Origin: Veleropilina oligotropha
Lineage: Eukaryota
Length of the DNA stretch: 64,000 nt
NCBI GenBank assembly: GCA_048128005.1
Contig: JBEUKZ010000068.1
Span: forward strand, 310,001 to 374,000
Reading direction: 5' to 3'
In this document: positions 48,506-62,897 of the stretch, piece after piece
Position numbering within the stretch: the first letter of the stretch is position 1
How the letters are laid out: the number at the start of each line of letters is the position of its first letter
Notes under the pieces: generated by a model
Told to the model about the DNA's origin: nothing
What the model saw: only the letters and a program-made list of their open reading frames with translations
Database searches by the model: none
Position numbers and translations under genes: made by a program

Positions 48506-50002
48506 ATGGCACAAAAAACATTTAATCGCGCACCTAAACGCCGAAAAGATATATCGCTGGACTCCAATTCTGATGATGATGACGCTAAATTTATGGCCGC
48601 TTTTCGGTCTGTCCCTTTTGATCCTGACAGGGAGGCTCCATATCAGCCTGACCCTCCACCTCCTATTCCGGAAAGTTGGCCCCGTTTTTTGACGGTGGAA
48701 TCTAAAAATGATACTCCGATTACATCTTTGAGTCCGTTCGCCATTTCCAAGGCCATTCTTGGCCTGGCTGGCGAACCGAGATCCGTCAAAAAACTTCGCG
48801 ATGGCACCCTGCTGGTCGAATGCGCCAGGAAGAGCCATGCAGAGAATCTCTTAAGAACGTCAAAATTTGTGAATATCCCCGTTGACATTCGACCGCATCG
48901 GTCTTTGAACACCACCAAGGGAGTTATAAGATCTAGGGATCTGCAGGGATGCAGCGAACTAGAACTACTGGAAGGCATGAGGAGTCATGGTGTAACTAAG
49001 GTTACACGCCTGACCATGTTCAAGGAGGGCAAAAGAGTGCCCATCAACACCATCATCTTGGACTTCAGCCTTCCAGTGCTTCCAAAATATGTGAAAGCTG
49101 GTTACCTCAACATCCCTGTGGACCCCTACATACCGAACCCCTTGAGATGCTTCAAATGCCAGGCATTTGGGCATCACAAAGACCGATGTAAGAGAAACTC
49201 TGCATGTGCCCGTTGCAGCGAGGAGGGTCATGACAGTGACTCCTGCTCCAATACACCTTTATGCTGCAATTGCAGGGGTAAGCATTTTGCTTACTCCAAG
49301 GACTGCCCGAAGTGGAAGCATGAGAAAGAGATACAAAGGGTTAAAACCATCGACCGTATCTCTTTCCCTGATGCTAGGAAACTGGTGGAATCCAGGACTC
49401 CTTCGGGTAGATCCTATGCCGCAGTTGCTACAGCAAAGGAGCAGAAGCCCATCACTCGATCCTCTTCGACGCAAACTGACATAACCTGGCCATTTGGTGA
49501 AGCATTCTTCAGTACTTTGCCATCCCAAAACAATTTAGCATCATCATCATCAGAATCAACACAAACGACTAAACCAATCAAGCCTTCAAGTAAACCAACT
49601 CACAATTCGAAAAAAGAGACTGCTGCTGTTTCAAAAGCAGCAGGCTCAAAACGACCAAACATTAAACCAGACAGACAGCCCAAAGGGTCTGAGGACCCAA
49701 TTAAGCTGCATAATCGCTTTGAACATCTGATGGAAACCATCGAACCATCAGATGACCAAAGCGATCCCGACACCATCATCAACGACCTTGCCGCTGACAT
49801 AGTTGCTGCTGCTACCGAGAAGGGTAGGAAGGCAGCAGCAGCAGCTGTAAAAGTAAAGCTTAACCGACAGACCAAGGTGGTGGATGATCCACCCCAACCA
49901 CCACCGGGTGTCGAAGATCCAATGGATGATGATAGACCATTGGATCGGCCAGCGGCCAAGCCCATACCTTCAAAAAAGCCCGTACTTCCACCAGACAAGT
50001 AG
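48506..50002 (+). CDS. A6 ORF1 (gag-like, zinc knuckles)
   Basis: Open 498-aa frame homologous to A2/A4 ORF1. Confidence 0.92.
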   Translation: MAQKTFNRAPKRRKDISLDSNSDDDDAKFMAAFRSVPFDPDREAPYQPDPPPPIPESWPRFLTVESKNDTPITSLSPFAISKAILGLAGEPRSVKKLRDGTLLVECARKSHAENLLRTSKFVNIPVDIRPHRSLNTTKGVIRSRDLQGCSELELLEGMRSHGVTKVTRLTMFKEGKRVPINTIILDFSLPVLPKYVKAGYLNIPVDPYIPNPLRCFKCQAFGHHKDRCKRNSACARCSEEGHDSDSCSNTPLCCNCRGKHFAYSKDCPKWKHEKEIQRVKTIDRISFPDARKLVESRTPSGRSYAAVATAKEQKPITRSSSTQTDITWPFGEAFFSTLPSQNNLASSSSESTQTTKPIKPSSKPTHNSKKETAAVSKAAGSKRPNIKPDRQPKGSEDPIKLHNRFEHLMETIEPSDDQSDPDTIINDLAADIVAAATEKGRKAAAAAVKVKLNRQTKVVDDPPQPPPGVEDPMDDDRPLDRPAAKPIPSKKPVLPPDK

Positions 50003-50055
50003 TAAAATAGTAAAGCGATATACACGAACTACTTACATAAATACAACAACACAAC

Positions 50056-53000
50056 ATGACAGGTACACTAATACAATGGAATTGTAGAGGCATTAAACCG
50101 AATATTGATGAGATCAATTTACTAATACAAGACCACAAACCTATAGCATTTTGTCTCAATGAAACTTACATGAAACTCACAGACAACATACGCATTAAAG
50201 ACCACTCACTATATAATCACATTGTCACCACAGGTGACAAGGCTACAGGGGGGGTTTCAATCATCATTAGCAACAGAACACCACACAGTCAGGTCAACTT
50301 AAACACCAACTTACAGGCAGTAGCGGTGAAAATATCGACTCACCGAGTAATAACTATTTGCTCGGTATACTTACCACCTAGCATAAACATACATCCTACT
50401 GACCTTGACGATCTCATCAATCAGCTACCGATCCCATTTGTACTGTGTGGCGATTTTAACGCCCATAGTACTGATTGGGGCGGTACTGACACAGATAAAC
50501 GGGGACATCAAATAGAGGACTTTATCGGGAGACACAATTTGTGCCTATTTAATACTACCAAATCGCCAACATACATGCATCCACCTACAGGCTCACTTAC
50601 CACCATTGACCTTACCATGTGCGACCCATCTGCTTTCCTGGACTTTACTTGGAAAGTTGGTGAGGACCTCCGCGGAAGCGACCACTTTCCAATTTTCCTG
50701 GAAAGCACAAATAACCAAGCACAAGAACACACTGAAAGGTGGAAACTTCACAAAGCAGATTGGGGGAAATTCCAATCTCTTTGTGAAGACCAATTACACG
50801 CAGATCACCTTATTAATGGCGGAGACCCAATATCAAGTTTCTCTACAACACTACACGACATTGCAACACTATCAATTCCAAAAACCTGTCCAAATGCCAA
50901 ACACAAAAGCAAACCTTGGTTTAATGAAGACTGCAGACAAGCAATCAAAGCACGCATACATGCAATTTCAACATTTAAACAGTACCCAACACTACAAAAT
51001 CTTAATAGCTTTAGGCTATTAAGAGCACAAGCCAGACGTACCATCAAGCACAGCAAAAGGGAATCCTGGCATTCCTACGTTACCAAACTAAACTCTCGTT
51101 CCACTATTAAAAAAACATGGGATATGATCCGTAAAATCAGCGGCAAGCATACACCCAACTGCATCAAGCACCTTAAAACAACCAATTCAGAAGCAAACAC
51201 GGCTAAAGACATCGCAAACACCTTGGCAGACACATTTTCTGCCAATTCATCATCCGACAACTGTACTCCAAAATTCAGCCATTTTAAACATCAAAAAGAA
51301 AAAACAAGGCTCAATTTTAGATCAAGCAATACAGAGTCATACAACCAACCATTTTCACACAAGGAACTCACAGATTCACTAAACAAGGCACATGACACAT
51401 CAGTTGGCCCTGATGACATTCACTATCAATTACTTAAGCACTTACCTGCAACATCATTTACAACTCTACTTGCAATATTTAATACTATCTGGGAGGGAAG
51501 CTACAATTATCCCAATTGCAAAGGCGGGAAAAGATACATCACATCCCAACAGTTATCGACCCATAGCCCTGACGAGTTGTATTTGTAAAACCATGGAAAG
51601 GATGATAAACGAGAGATTAGTTTGGTACTTAGAATCAAATAATTTACTTACAGAATATCAATGTGGGTTCCGGCGCAACCGGAGCACCACAGATCACTTG
51701 GTACGACTGGAAACTTTTGTTCGTGAGGCCTTCCTAAACAGACAACATTTAGTTGCTGTTTTTTTCGATCTAGAGAAGGCCTACGACACTACTTGGAAGT
51801 ACGGGATTATGAAAGATTTGTTTGATTTTGGTTTAAAGGGCCACTTGCCCAATTTTATTTCGAAATTCCTTGAGGATAGAAATTTTAAAGTTAAGGTGGG
51901 TGACACCCTCTCCGATATCCACGACCAGGAGATGGGTGTCCCTCAAGGAAGTATTTTATCAGTCACCCTATTCAGTATTAAAATAAACAGTATCGTCAAA
52001 TGTATTAGTACTGGCACTGACTGTTCATTGTTTGTTGACGATTTTGGCATTTGCTATCGTTCGACAAATATGAACAGTATAGAACGCCAGCTACAACATG
52101 GCCTAAATAAATTACAGACATGGTCCGATGAGAATGGATTTAAATTCTCAAAGGACAAAACTAAATGCATGCACTTCTGCCAGCATCGTGAAATACATGA
52201 CGACCCTGTGTTGAAGCTGGATGACTTTGAGATTCCAGTGGTAGACAAATTTAAATTTTTAGGCCTTGTATTTGACCGAAAACTGTCTTTCATACCGCAT
52301 TTAAAATACATTAAAGCTAAATGTAAAAAAGCTCTAAATATAATGAAAGTAGTCTCTAATACTGAATGGGGTGCTGATAAAACAGTTTTACTACGACTAT
52401 ATAGATCATTAATTAGATCAAAACTTGATTATGGGAGCATAGTATATGGCTCTGCTCGCCATTCATATCTTAAAATGCTTGATCCAATCCATAATCAAGG
52501 GCTTCGACTTGCATTAGGGGCTTTTCGCACATCACCCATGGAGAGCCTCTACGTCGAAGCCAATGAACCATCTCTTACACTCAGACGTGAAAAACTATCA
52601 CTACAATATGCAATAAAATTAAAATCAAATCCATCTAACCCAGCTTTCGAAACTGTCTATACACCAAATTACGAAAATCTATTTCAGGCAAAACCAAACA
52701 AAATTGCACCATTTGGCATCCGCATAAAACCAGCACTAGAAAATGCAGGCATACATGTAGGTCAAATTAAAACAATTCACATTCCGGATACTCCACCATG
52801 GACACTAAAAGTACCGGTAATTGATCTACAACTTACATCACTCAAAAAATCAAACACAGACACATCAGATTATCTCATAAAAGTGCACGATCTGAAATTA
52901 AAATATTCAGATCGTACAAGCATATACACAGATGGTTCAAAAGATGCAGAATTAGTAGGAGCAGCCGCTGTCACTGGCAGACAATGTTTTCAAAACCGTC

Positions 53001-53713
53001 TGCCAGGCAGCGCGACTATATATACTGCAGAACTAAAAGCAATCGAGCTTGCTCTTAATTTTATCTCTACAAGTACTAAACGGCGTTTTATTATCTATTC
53101 AGACTCCCTCTCTAGCTTACAAGCACTCAGGGAGATGAATAGAAATGTTATTGTTCAGGAAATTTTATTAAACTATAACAACCTTTTACCTGACAATGAC
53201 ATTGTTTTATGCTGGATACCGAGCCATATCGGTATCCAAGGCAATGAGAAGGCTGACCAAGCTGCCAAGGCAGCCTCACATTTTAACAATATACTAAATT
53301 GTAAACTACCACACTCAGATTTTAAACAAAGCATAAACAAATATATAAATTCTACTTGGCAGCACTCTTGGAGTGAATGCACAAGGAATAAACTGCAGAA
53401 TGTCCAACCTCTTCTTGGTGACTGGGGACCCTCTTGTAGGCCATCTCGGCGAGAGGAGGTCGTCTTGGCCAGACTGAGAATTGGGCATTCTCACTACACT
53501 CACTCCTACTTGCTTAAAGGTGAGCCTCCACCTGAGTGTATTCCTTGTGCAACTGCCCTAACAATTAAACATATATTATTGGATTGTGTCGATTTGGATC
53601 TCGCACGCCAAAGGTATTTTAGGGCAAATTCACTCCAAGAGTTATTTAATCTTAATAAGCTCGAAGCCGTATTTGAATTTTTAAAACAGGTAAATATTTT
53701 CTATAAGTTATAA
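50056..53713 (+). pseudogene. A6 ORF2 split by one frameshifting deletion
   Basis: ORFs 50056-51588 and 51392-53713 together reconstruct ORF2 minus the TGTFPPSW segment. Confidence 0.92.
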
Positions 53714-54033
53714 TTTTATTTATACTTTTATTTCCTTTGACTAAATTCCACATAAATTTATTTTGTTTTATTATTATAATATTTTATTATTATACTCGTT
53801 TTTAGCAAACATTTGATCTTATTTTTATCCAAATTTGCATTGTGTTTATTTTACTTGTAAATATATTGAATTGTTTTTATTATTTATCACATGTTTTATT
53901 GCATTGATATTTTATTAGTAAATATATATCTCAACTTTTAACTTTTTATATTAAACTATTGTATAATTAACTTGACCGACCCGATTATGACCATTAGTGT
54001 CGGCGTGGTCGTTAAACATCAAATCAAATCAAA

Positions 54034-54435
54034 CCATACTAGAAAGAATGTTAATTGAAGGTAATTACGAAAGACTAAAGAGCTAGGTACTTACAGCAGT
54101 CACAAATGAACTTCTTTCTGGTAGTTCTAGAGGTTCTGTTTGGGCTGATCGGTATGACGCCAGAATATGGTGAACGAAATCATGGTCTTCGCTTCGGTTC
54201 CTAGTTTTCACCTACAAGCAAAACAAATAATTTTGGATTATAATTAATTATCATTATTTTATCATAAAAACAAAGATGACCCAAATAATCTTTGATCATA
54301 TTTAAGTATCAATATTATACTAGAAATGATTATAATGGAAGGTAGTTATGCAAAATCCAAGAGCTAAGTACTTACGCCAGTTGCCTTGACCTTCTTGGAT
54401 GGTGGCGGCTTTGTATGTTCTTCATCCTGTGAACA
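54034..54435 (-). pseudogene. Fragment of a second, diverged copy of the YR gene (exons 54426-54376 and 54211-54095)
   Basis: Collinear with about 38666-39048; exons DEEHTKPPPSKKVKATG and VKTRNRSEDHDFVHHILASYRSAQTEPLELPERSSFVTA. Confidence 0.85.
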
Positions 54436-57400
54436 CCCCCCAGTCGGTTAGGGGTTAGAATATGCCGACTGCTCTCCCTGCAGAGGGGTAAGATCCCCCA
54501 AATGGGAGCCACCTGTTGGCCGTGGGTGGCGACCCGTGATGTTGGAGAAGAGGGTCCTGGTAGTTGAGCTTCTGCTTCGGCTAAAGCAACACACTACTTT
54601 GGCCTCGGATTCAGCTAGACGGGATGTCAGATAGGCCCTATCTGATCAATCGGCTTGTCACGCCGTGCCCTGGGATAATTTAATTTTAACATCATTTAAA
54701 TTTTACTTTTTAAAACATGTCATATCATAGATCACTTACCATCCATTGATCACTTACCATCCATTGATCTATGTCCCAGGAGGCGGTGGATGGTCAATCA
54801 AGTGAGGAATGAATGGTGGGATATACACTTCCCACCACTAATATTCATTCATTTATTTGAGTATATCACCCGGGTATCCCTGGCATTGGGTGCCGGAACT
54901 CCGCAACTGTTAAATGCTCCCTTGTTGGGCTCTGGGGTGGGCGGGGACCTCGGGTGATGAAACAAAACACACACATCATGGCACACAAAGCACAATATCA
55001 TGCACCTAAACGGCGCAGAAACATCAATATAGATTCTGATGATGATGACGGTGATGCTAAATTTATGGCCGCTTTCCGGTCTACTCCTTACGAACCTGAG
55101 ATAGAGGCTCCATATAAGCCTAATCCTCCACCTCCTGTACCGGAAAGCTGGCCCCGTTTTTAATGGTGGAATCGCTTAACTCTAATAATCCGATCACTTC
55201 GTTGAGTCCGTTCGCCATATCCAAGGCCATTCTCGGCCTGGCAGGCGAACCGCGATCCGTTAAAAAACTCCGAGATGGCACTCTACTGGTGGAATGCGCC
55301 AGGAAGAGCCATGCGGAGAATCTGCTTTGATCTGATACATTTGTAAACATCTCCATAGAAATCAGACCGCATCGGTCCTTGAACAGCTCCAAGGGAGTCA
55401 TTAGATCTAGGGATCTGCAGGGATGCAGCGAACAGGAACTGCTGGAAGGCATGAAGAGCCAGGGTGTAACTAAGGTTACACGCCTGACCATGTTTAAAGA
55501 TGGAAAGAAGAGCCCCATCAATACCATCATTCTGGACTTCCGCCTTCCTGTTCTACCGAGAACAATTAAAGCTGGTTATATAATCATCCCTGTAGAGCCC
55601 TACATCCCAAACCCCTTGAGATGCTTCAAATGCCAGGCATTTGGGCATCACAAGGATCGATGCAAAAGGAACTCTGCATGTGCTCGTTGCAGCGAGGAGG
55701 GTCATGAGAGTGACTCCTGCTCCAATCCACCTCTATGTTGCAATTGCAGGGGCGAGCATTTTGCCTACTCCAAGGACTGCCCAAAATGGAAACACGAGAA
55801 AGAGATCCAAAGAGTCAAAACCATCGATCGGATCACTTTCCCTGATGCCAGGAAACTGGTTGAATCCAGGACCACTTCGGGTAGATCCTACGCTGCAATT
55901 GCCACACCAACGGAGCAGAGACCAGTCACCCGATCCTCTTCCACGCAAACGGATATCACCTGGCCATATGGCGAAGCATTCTTCAGTACTCTGCCATCTC
56001 GAAACAATTAGCATCATCATCAGAATCTACTCAAACATCAACACCGATCAAACATTTAAATAAATCTACTCGCAACCCCCCAAAAAGCAGCAGTCTCAAG
56101 GAGACCTAATATTAAGCCAGCCAGACAGCCCAAAGGGTCTGAGGACCCAATTAAGCTGCACAATCGCTTTGATCATCTGATGGATACCATCGAACCATCA
56201 GATGACCAAAGCGACCCTGACACTATCATAAATGACCTTGCCGCTGACATAGTTGCTGCTGCTACCGAGAAGGGTAGGAAGACAGCAGCAGCGGCAGCCA
56301 AAGTAAAGCTAAACCGACAGACTAAGGTGGTGGATGATCCACCCCAACCACCACCATCTGTCGACGATCCAATGGACGACAGCAAAGCATTGGATCGGCC
56401 AGCGGCAAAGCCCAAGCCTTCAAAAAAGCCCGTACTTCCACCAAACAAGTAGTGAAATAGTAAAGCACTATACACGAATTACATACATAAATACACCAAC
56501 AACACAACATGACAGGTACACTAATACAATGGAATTGTAGAGGCATTAAACCGAATATTGATGAGATCAATTTACTTATACAAGACAACAAACCAATAGC
56601 ATTTTGTCTCAATGAAACTTACATGAAACTCACAGACAACATACGCATTAAAGATCACTCACTATATAATCACAATCATCGTCAACAACAGAACACCACA
56701 TAGCCAGGTCAACTTAAACACCAACTTACAGGCAGTAGCGGTGAAAATATCGATTCACCGAGTAATAACTATTTGCTCGGTATACTTACCACCAGGTATA
56801 AACATACATCCTACTGACCTTGACGATCTCATCGATCAGCTACCGACCCCATTTGTACTGTGTGGCGATTTTAACGCCCATAGTACTGATTGGGGCGGTA
56901 CTGACACTGATAAACGGGGACATCAAATAGAGGACTTTATTGGGAGACACAATTTGTGTCTATTTAACACAACCAAATCGCCAACATACATGCATCCACC
57001 TACAGGCTCACTTACCACCATTGACCTTACCATGTGCGACCCATCTGCTTTCCTGGACTTTACATGGAAAGTTGGTGAGGACCTCTGCGGAAGCGACCAC
57101 TTTCCAATTTTCCTGGAAAGCACAATCAATCAAGCGCAAGAACATACAGAAAGGTGGAAACTTCGCAAAGCAGATTGGGGGAAATTCCAATCTCTTTGCG
57201 AAGAGCAATTACACTCTAATCAATTCACTCATGGCGAAGACCCAATATCAAGTTTCTCTACAACACTACATGACATTGCAACACTCAATTCCTAAGACCT
57301 GTCCAAATGCCAAACACAAAAATAAACCTTGGTTTACTGAAGACTGCAGACTTGCAATCAAAGCACGCATACATGCAATTTCAACATTTAAACAGCACCC

Positions 57401-60400
57401 AACACTACAAAATCTTAATAGCTTTAGGCTATTAAGAGCACAAGCCAGACGTACCATCAAGCACAGCAAAAGGGAATCCTGGCATTCCTACGTTACCAAA
57501 CTAAACTCTCGTTCCACTATTAAAACAACATGGGATATGATCCGTAAAATTAGTGGCAAACATACACCCAACTGCATCAAGCACCTTAAAACAAACACAT
57601 CAGAAGCAACCACAGCTAAAGACATTGCAAACACATTGGCAGATACCTTTTCTGCCAATTCATCATCCGACAACTGCACTCCAAAATTCAGCCGTTTTAA
57701 GCATCAAAAAGAAAAAACAAGGCTCAATTTTAGATCCAACAATACAGAGTCATACAATCAGCCATTTTCACACAAGGAACTCACAGATTCACTAAACAAG
57801 GCACATGACACATCAGTTAGCCCTGATGACATTCACTATCAATTACTTAAGCACTTACCTGACACATCACTTACAACTCTACTTGCAATATTCAATACTA
57901 TCTGGGAAACTGGAACCTTCCCTCCCTCGTGGAGGGAAGCTACAATTATCCCAATTGCAAAGGCGGGAAAAGATACATCACATCCCAACAGTTATCGACC
58001 CATAGCCCTGACGAGTTGTATTTGTAAAACCATGGAAAGGATGATAAACGAGAGATTAGTTTGGTACTTAGAATCAAATAATTTACTTACAGAATATCAA
58101 TGTGGGTTCCGGCGCAACCAGAGCACCACAGATCACTTGGTACGTTTGGAAACTTTTGTTCGTGAGGCCTTCCTAAACAGACAACATTTAGTTGCTGTTT
58201 TTTTCGATCTAGAGAAGGCCTACGACACTACTTGGAAGTACGGGATTATGAAAGATTTGTTTGATTTTGGTTTAAAGGGCCACTTGCCCAATTTTATTTC
58301 GAAATTCCTTGAGGATAGAAATTTTCAAGTCAAGGTGGGTGACACCCTCTCCGATATCCACGACCAGGAGATGGGTGTCCCTCAAGGAAGCATTTTATCA
58401 GTCACCCTATTCAGTATTAAAATAATCAGTATCGTCAAATGTATTAGTACTGGCACTGACTGTTCATTGTTTGTTGACGATTTTGGCATTTGCTATCGTT
58501 CAACAAATATGAACAGTATAGAACGCCAGCTACAACATGGCCTAAATAAATTACAGATATGGTCCGATGAGAATGGATTTAAATTCTCAAAGGACAAAAC
58601 TAAATGCATGCATTTCTGCCAGCGTCGTGAAATTCATGACGACCCTGTGCTAAAACTGGATGACTTTGAGATTCCAGTGGTGGACCAATTTAAATTTGTA
58701 GGCCTTATATTTGACCAGAAACTGACTTTCATACCTCATATAAAATATATCAAAGCTAAATGCAAGAAAGCTTTGAATCTAATGAAAGTAGTTTCTAATA
58801 CTGAATGGGGTGCTGATAAAACAGTTTTATTACGACTTTACCGATCATTAATTAGGTCAAAACTTGATTATGGGAGCATAGTATATGGCTCTGCTCGCCA
58901 TTCATATCTTAAAATGCTTGATCCAATCCATAATCAAGGGCTTCGCCTTGCACTAGGGGCTTTCCGCACATCACCCATGGAAAGCCTCTATGTCGAAGCC
59001 AATGAACCATCTCTTACATACAGACGTGAAAAATTATCACTGCAATATGCAATCAAATTAAAATCACACCCATCTAACCCAGCTTTCGAAACCGTATTTA
59101 CACCTAATTACGAAAATTTATTTCTGGCAAAACCAAACAAAATTGCACCATTCGGCATTCGCATAAAACCTGCACTAGAAAGCTCTGGCATACATGTAGC
59201 TCAAATTAGAACAATTTACATTCCGGATACTCCCCCATGGACACTTAGGGTGCCGGAAATTGACCTACATCTTACATCACTAAAAAAATCAAACACAGAC
59301 ACATCAGACTATCTCATAAAAGTGCACGATCTGAAATTAAAATATTCAGATCGTGCAAGCATATACACAGATGGTTCAAAAGATGCAGAATTAGTAGGAG
59401 CAGCCGCTGTCACTGGCAGACAATGTTTTCAAAACTGTCTGCCAGGCAGCGCGACTATATTTACTGCAGAATTGAAGGCAATCGAGCTTGCGCTCAATTT
59501 TATCTCAATGAGCAATAGCAAGCGTTTTATTATCTATTCAGACTCCCTCTCTAGCTTACAGGCATTGAGGGGGGTGAATAGAAACCCTATTATTTTAGAT
59601 ATTTTAATTAAATATAATAACCTTTTACCGGATAATGACATTATTTTATGCTGGATACTGAGCCATATCGGTATCCAGGGCAATGAGATGGCTGACCAAG
59701 CTGCCAAGGCAGCCTCGCATTTTAACAACACACTAAATTGCAAATTGCCTCACACTGATTTTAAACAAAGCATAAACAAATATATATATTCTACTTGGCA
59801 GCACTCTTGGAGTGAATGCACAAGGAATAAACTGCAGAATGTCCAACCTCTACTTGGCGATTGGGGCCCCTCTTGCAGACCGACTCGGCGAGAGGAGGTC
59901 GTCCTGGCCAGACTGAGAATTGGGCATTCTCACTACACTCACTCCTACTTGCTTAAAGGGGAGCCTCACCTGAGTGTATTCGTTGTGCAACTGCCCTAAC
60001 AATCAAACATATATTATTGGATTGTGTCGATTTGGATCTCGCACGCCAAAAGTACTTTAGGGCAAGCTCACTCCAAGAGTTATTTCAATTCACTAAGCTC
60101 GAATTAATATTTGAGTTTTTAAAACAAGTAAATATTTAATACAAGTTATAATTTTATTTCACAATTTTATATCTTGTTTTATTATTATACTTGTTTTGTT
60201 TTTATCAACCTTTTTATTATTTCCGAATTTTGGTATTTTATTGCTTTTATTGTTTTTTAGCTAAATTTGCAATGGCTTTATTTTATTTGGAAGTATATTG
60301 ATTTGTTTTATTTGGATGTTTTATTTTTATCAGTATGTATCCCAACTTTTAACATTTTATATTAAATTTTTATCTAGTTAAATTGACCGACCCGATTATG

Positions 60401-60444
60401 ACCATATAGTGTCGGCGTGGTCGTTAAACACCAAATCAAATCAA
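54436..60444 (+). mobile_element. LINE family A copy A7, full length but degenerate
   Basis: CCCCCCAGTCGG start; stops and frameshifts in ORF1 (55161, 55329, ~56010) and ORF2 (~56670, ~57285, ~59970); intact 3' end. Confidence 0.94.
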
Positions 60445-62303
60445 GTCTGGAATTTTTGTTCGTGAGGCCTTCCTAAACAGACAACATTTAGTTGCTGTTT
60501 TTTTCGATCGAGAGAAGGCCTACGACACTACTTGGAAGTACGGGATTATGAAGGATGTTTGATTTTGGTTTAAAGGGCCACTTGCCCAATTTTATTTCAA
60601 AATTCCTCGAGGATAGAAATTTTCAAGTCAAGGTGGGTGACATCCTCTCCGATATCCACGACCAGGAGATTGGTGTCCCTCAACGAAGTATTTTATCAGT
60701 CACCCTATTCAGTATTAAGATCAACAGTATCGTCAAATTTATTAGTACTGGCACAGACTGTTCATTATTTGTTGACGATTTTGGCATTTACTATCATTCA
60801 ACAAATATCAACAGTATAGAACGTCAGCTACAACATGGCCTAAATAAATTACAGACATGGTCTGATGAGAACGGATTTAAATTCTCAAAGGACAAAACTA
60901 AATGCATGCATTTCTGCCAGCGTCGTGAAATTCATGACGACCCTGTGCTAAAACTTGATGACTGAGATTCCAGTGGTGGACCAATTTAAATTTTTAGGCC
61001 TTATATTTGACCGCAAACTGACTTTCATACCTCATATAAAATATATCAAAGCTAAATGCAAGAAAGCTTTGAATTTAATGAAAGTAGTTTCTAATACTGA
61101 ATGGGGTGCTGATAAAACAGTTTTATTACGACTATACATATCATTAATTAGATCAAAACTTGATTATGGGAGCATAGTATATGGCTCTGCTCGCCATTCA
61201 TATCTTAAAATGCTTGATCCAATCCATAATCAAGGGCTTCGACTTGCACTGGGGGCTTTCCGCACATCACCCATGGAAAGCCTCTATGTCGAAGCCAATG
61301 AACCATCTCTTACACACAGACGTGAAAAATTATCACTGAAATATGCAATCAAATTAAAATCACACCCATCTAACCCAGCTTTCGAAACCGTATTTACACC
61401 TAATTACGAAAAGTTATTTCTGGCAAAACCAAACAAAATTGCACCATTCGGCATTCGCATAAAACCTGCACTAGACAGCTCTGGCATACATGTAGCTCAA
61501 ATTAGAACAATTTACTTTCCGGATACTCCCCCATGGACACTTAGGGTGCCGGAAATTGACCTACATCTTACATCACAAAAAAATTCAAACACAGACACAT
61601 CAGACTATCTCATAAAAGTGCACGATCTGAAATTAAAATATTCAGGCAGCGCGACTATATTTACTGCCGAATTGAAGGCAATCGAGCTTGCGCTCAATTT
61701 TATCTCAATGAGTAATAGCAAGCATTTTATTATCTATTCAGACTCCCTCTCTAGCTTACAGGCATTGAGGGGGGTGAATAGAAACCCTATTATTATAGAT
61801 ATTTTTATTAAATATAATAACCTTTTACCGGATAATGACATTATTTTATGCTGGATACCGAGCCAAAGCATCAACAAATATATAAATTCTACTTGGCAGC
61901 ACTCTTGGAGTGAATGCACAAGGAATAAACTGCAGAATGTCCAACCTCTACTTGGTGAATGGGGGCCCCTCTTGCAGACCAACGCGGCGAGTGGTCAGAC
62001 AGGATTGGGCATTCTCATTACACTCACTCCTACTTGCTTAAAGGGGAGCCTCACCTGAGTGTATTCCTTGTGCAACTGCCCTAACAATCAAACATATATT
62101 ATTGGATTGTGTCGATTTGGATCTCGCACGCCAAATGTACTTTAGGGCAAGCTCACTCCAAGAGTTATTTCAATTCACTAAGCTCGAATTAATATTTGAG
62201 TTTTTAAAACAAGTAAATATTTTCTACAAGTTATAATTTTATATTTTTATTTCACAATTTTATATCTTGCTTTATTATTATACTTGTTTTTATCAACCTT
62301 TTT
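60445..62303 (+). mobile_element. LINE family A copy A8, 5'-truncated with multiple deletions; 3'UTR interrupted by B3
   Basis: Starts in RT (gtctggaatttttgttcgtgagg) directly after the A7 tail. Confidence 0.92.
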
Positions 62304-62304
62304 A

Positions 62305-62380
62305 GGGGCTCGATGTTGTGCGCCTCCTCGTGGTGGGCCCTGGATAGGGGAACGCAAGTTCCCTGAACAAAACGCACAAC
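62305..62380 (+). ncRNA. HDV-like ribozyme at the 5' end of B3
   Basis: Same fold as 8727-8802; P4 loop GCAA instead of GAAA (still GNRA); catalytic-position C62368 retained. Confidence 0.88.
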
Positions 62381-62897
62381 CAGGTCGTTTGCCGTGACCT
62401 GCGACCTACTGTCGAGGGAGAGTGGGATCCTGGTGGTTGAGGGGCAAAGATGCTGGTACTACCCGTCTTTGACCCAACACACCACTTTGGCCCATGATTC
62501 CTCTAGAGTGGTAGATGGATGGGCCCGGTCCATTCAATCGGCTGGTAACGCCATGCCCTAGATTACAGGTAACATAGTTATATGCCACTGTTTTAACATC
62601 TATCATTTCGGCAAATAACCCAATCTCATTATCATCATGAACTATATCATTCATAATTGTATACAGTTAATAGTTTGGCCTGTAGTATAGAAGGCGGTTG
62701 CTCATGGGTCAATCTGGTATTATTGACCGCTTAGATCTTTGGGTTTCATCTAAAGCTTCTAATGTTAGTAATAATGGAGTATAATGCATCTGCACCTCCG
62801 GTGTCTTCCTGCCGGTTACCAGCAGGCTTATGGACATCGCCCTTGTTGGCACTCCATGGCGGGTGGGGGCCAGATGCATAGAATTATACAACACACT

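Larger units (their letters stand above)
47969..54033 (+). mobile_element. LINE family A copy A6, full length, ORF2 frameshifted
   Basis: CCCCCAGTCGG 5' end, (aaatc)n tail; ~25-bp deletion near 51493; flanks unrelated (no TSD). Confidence 0.95.
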
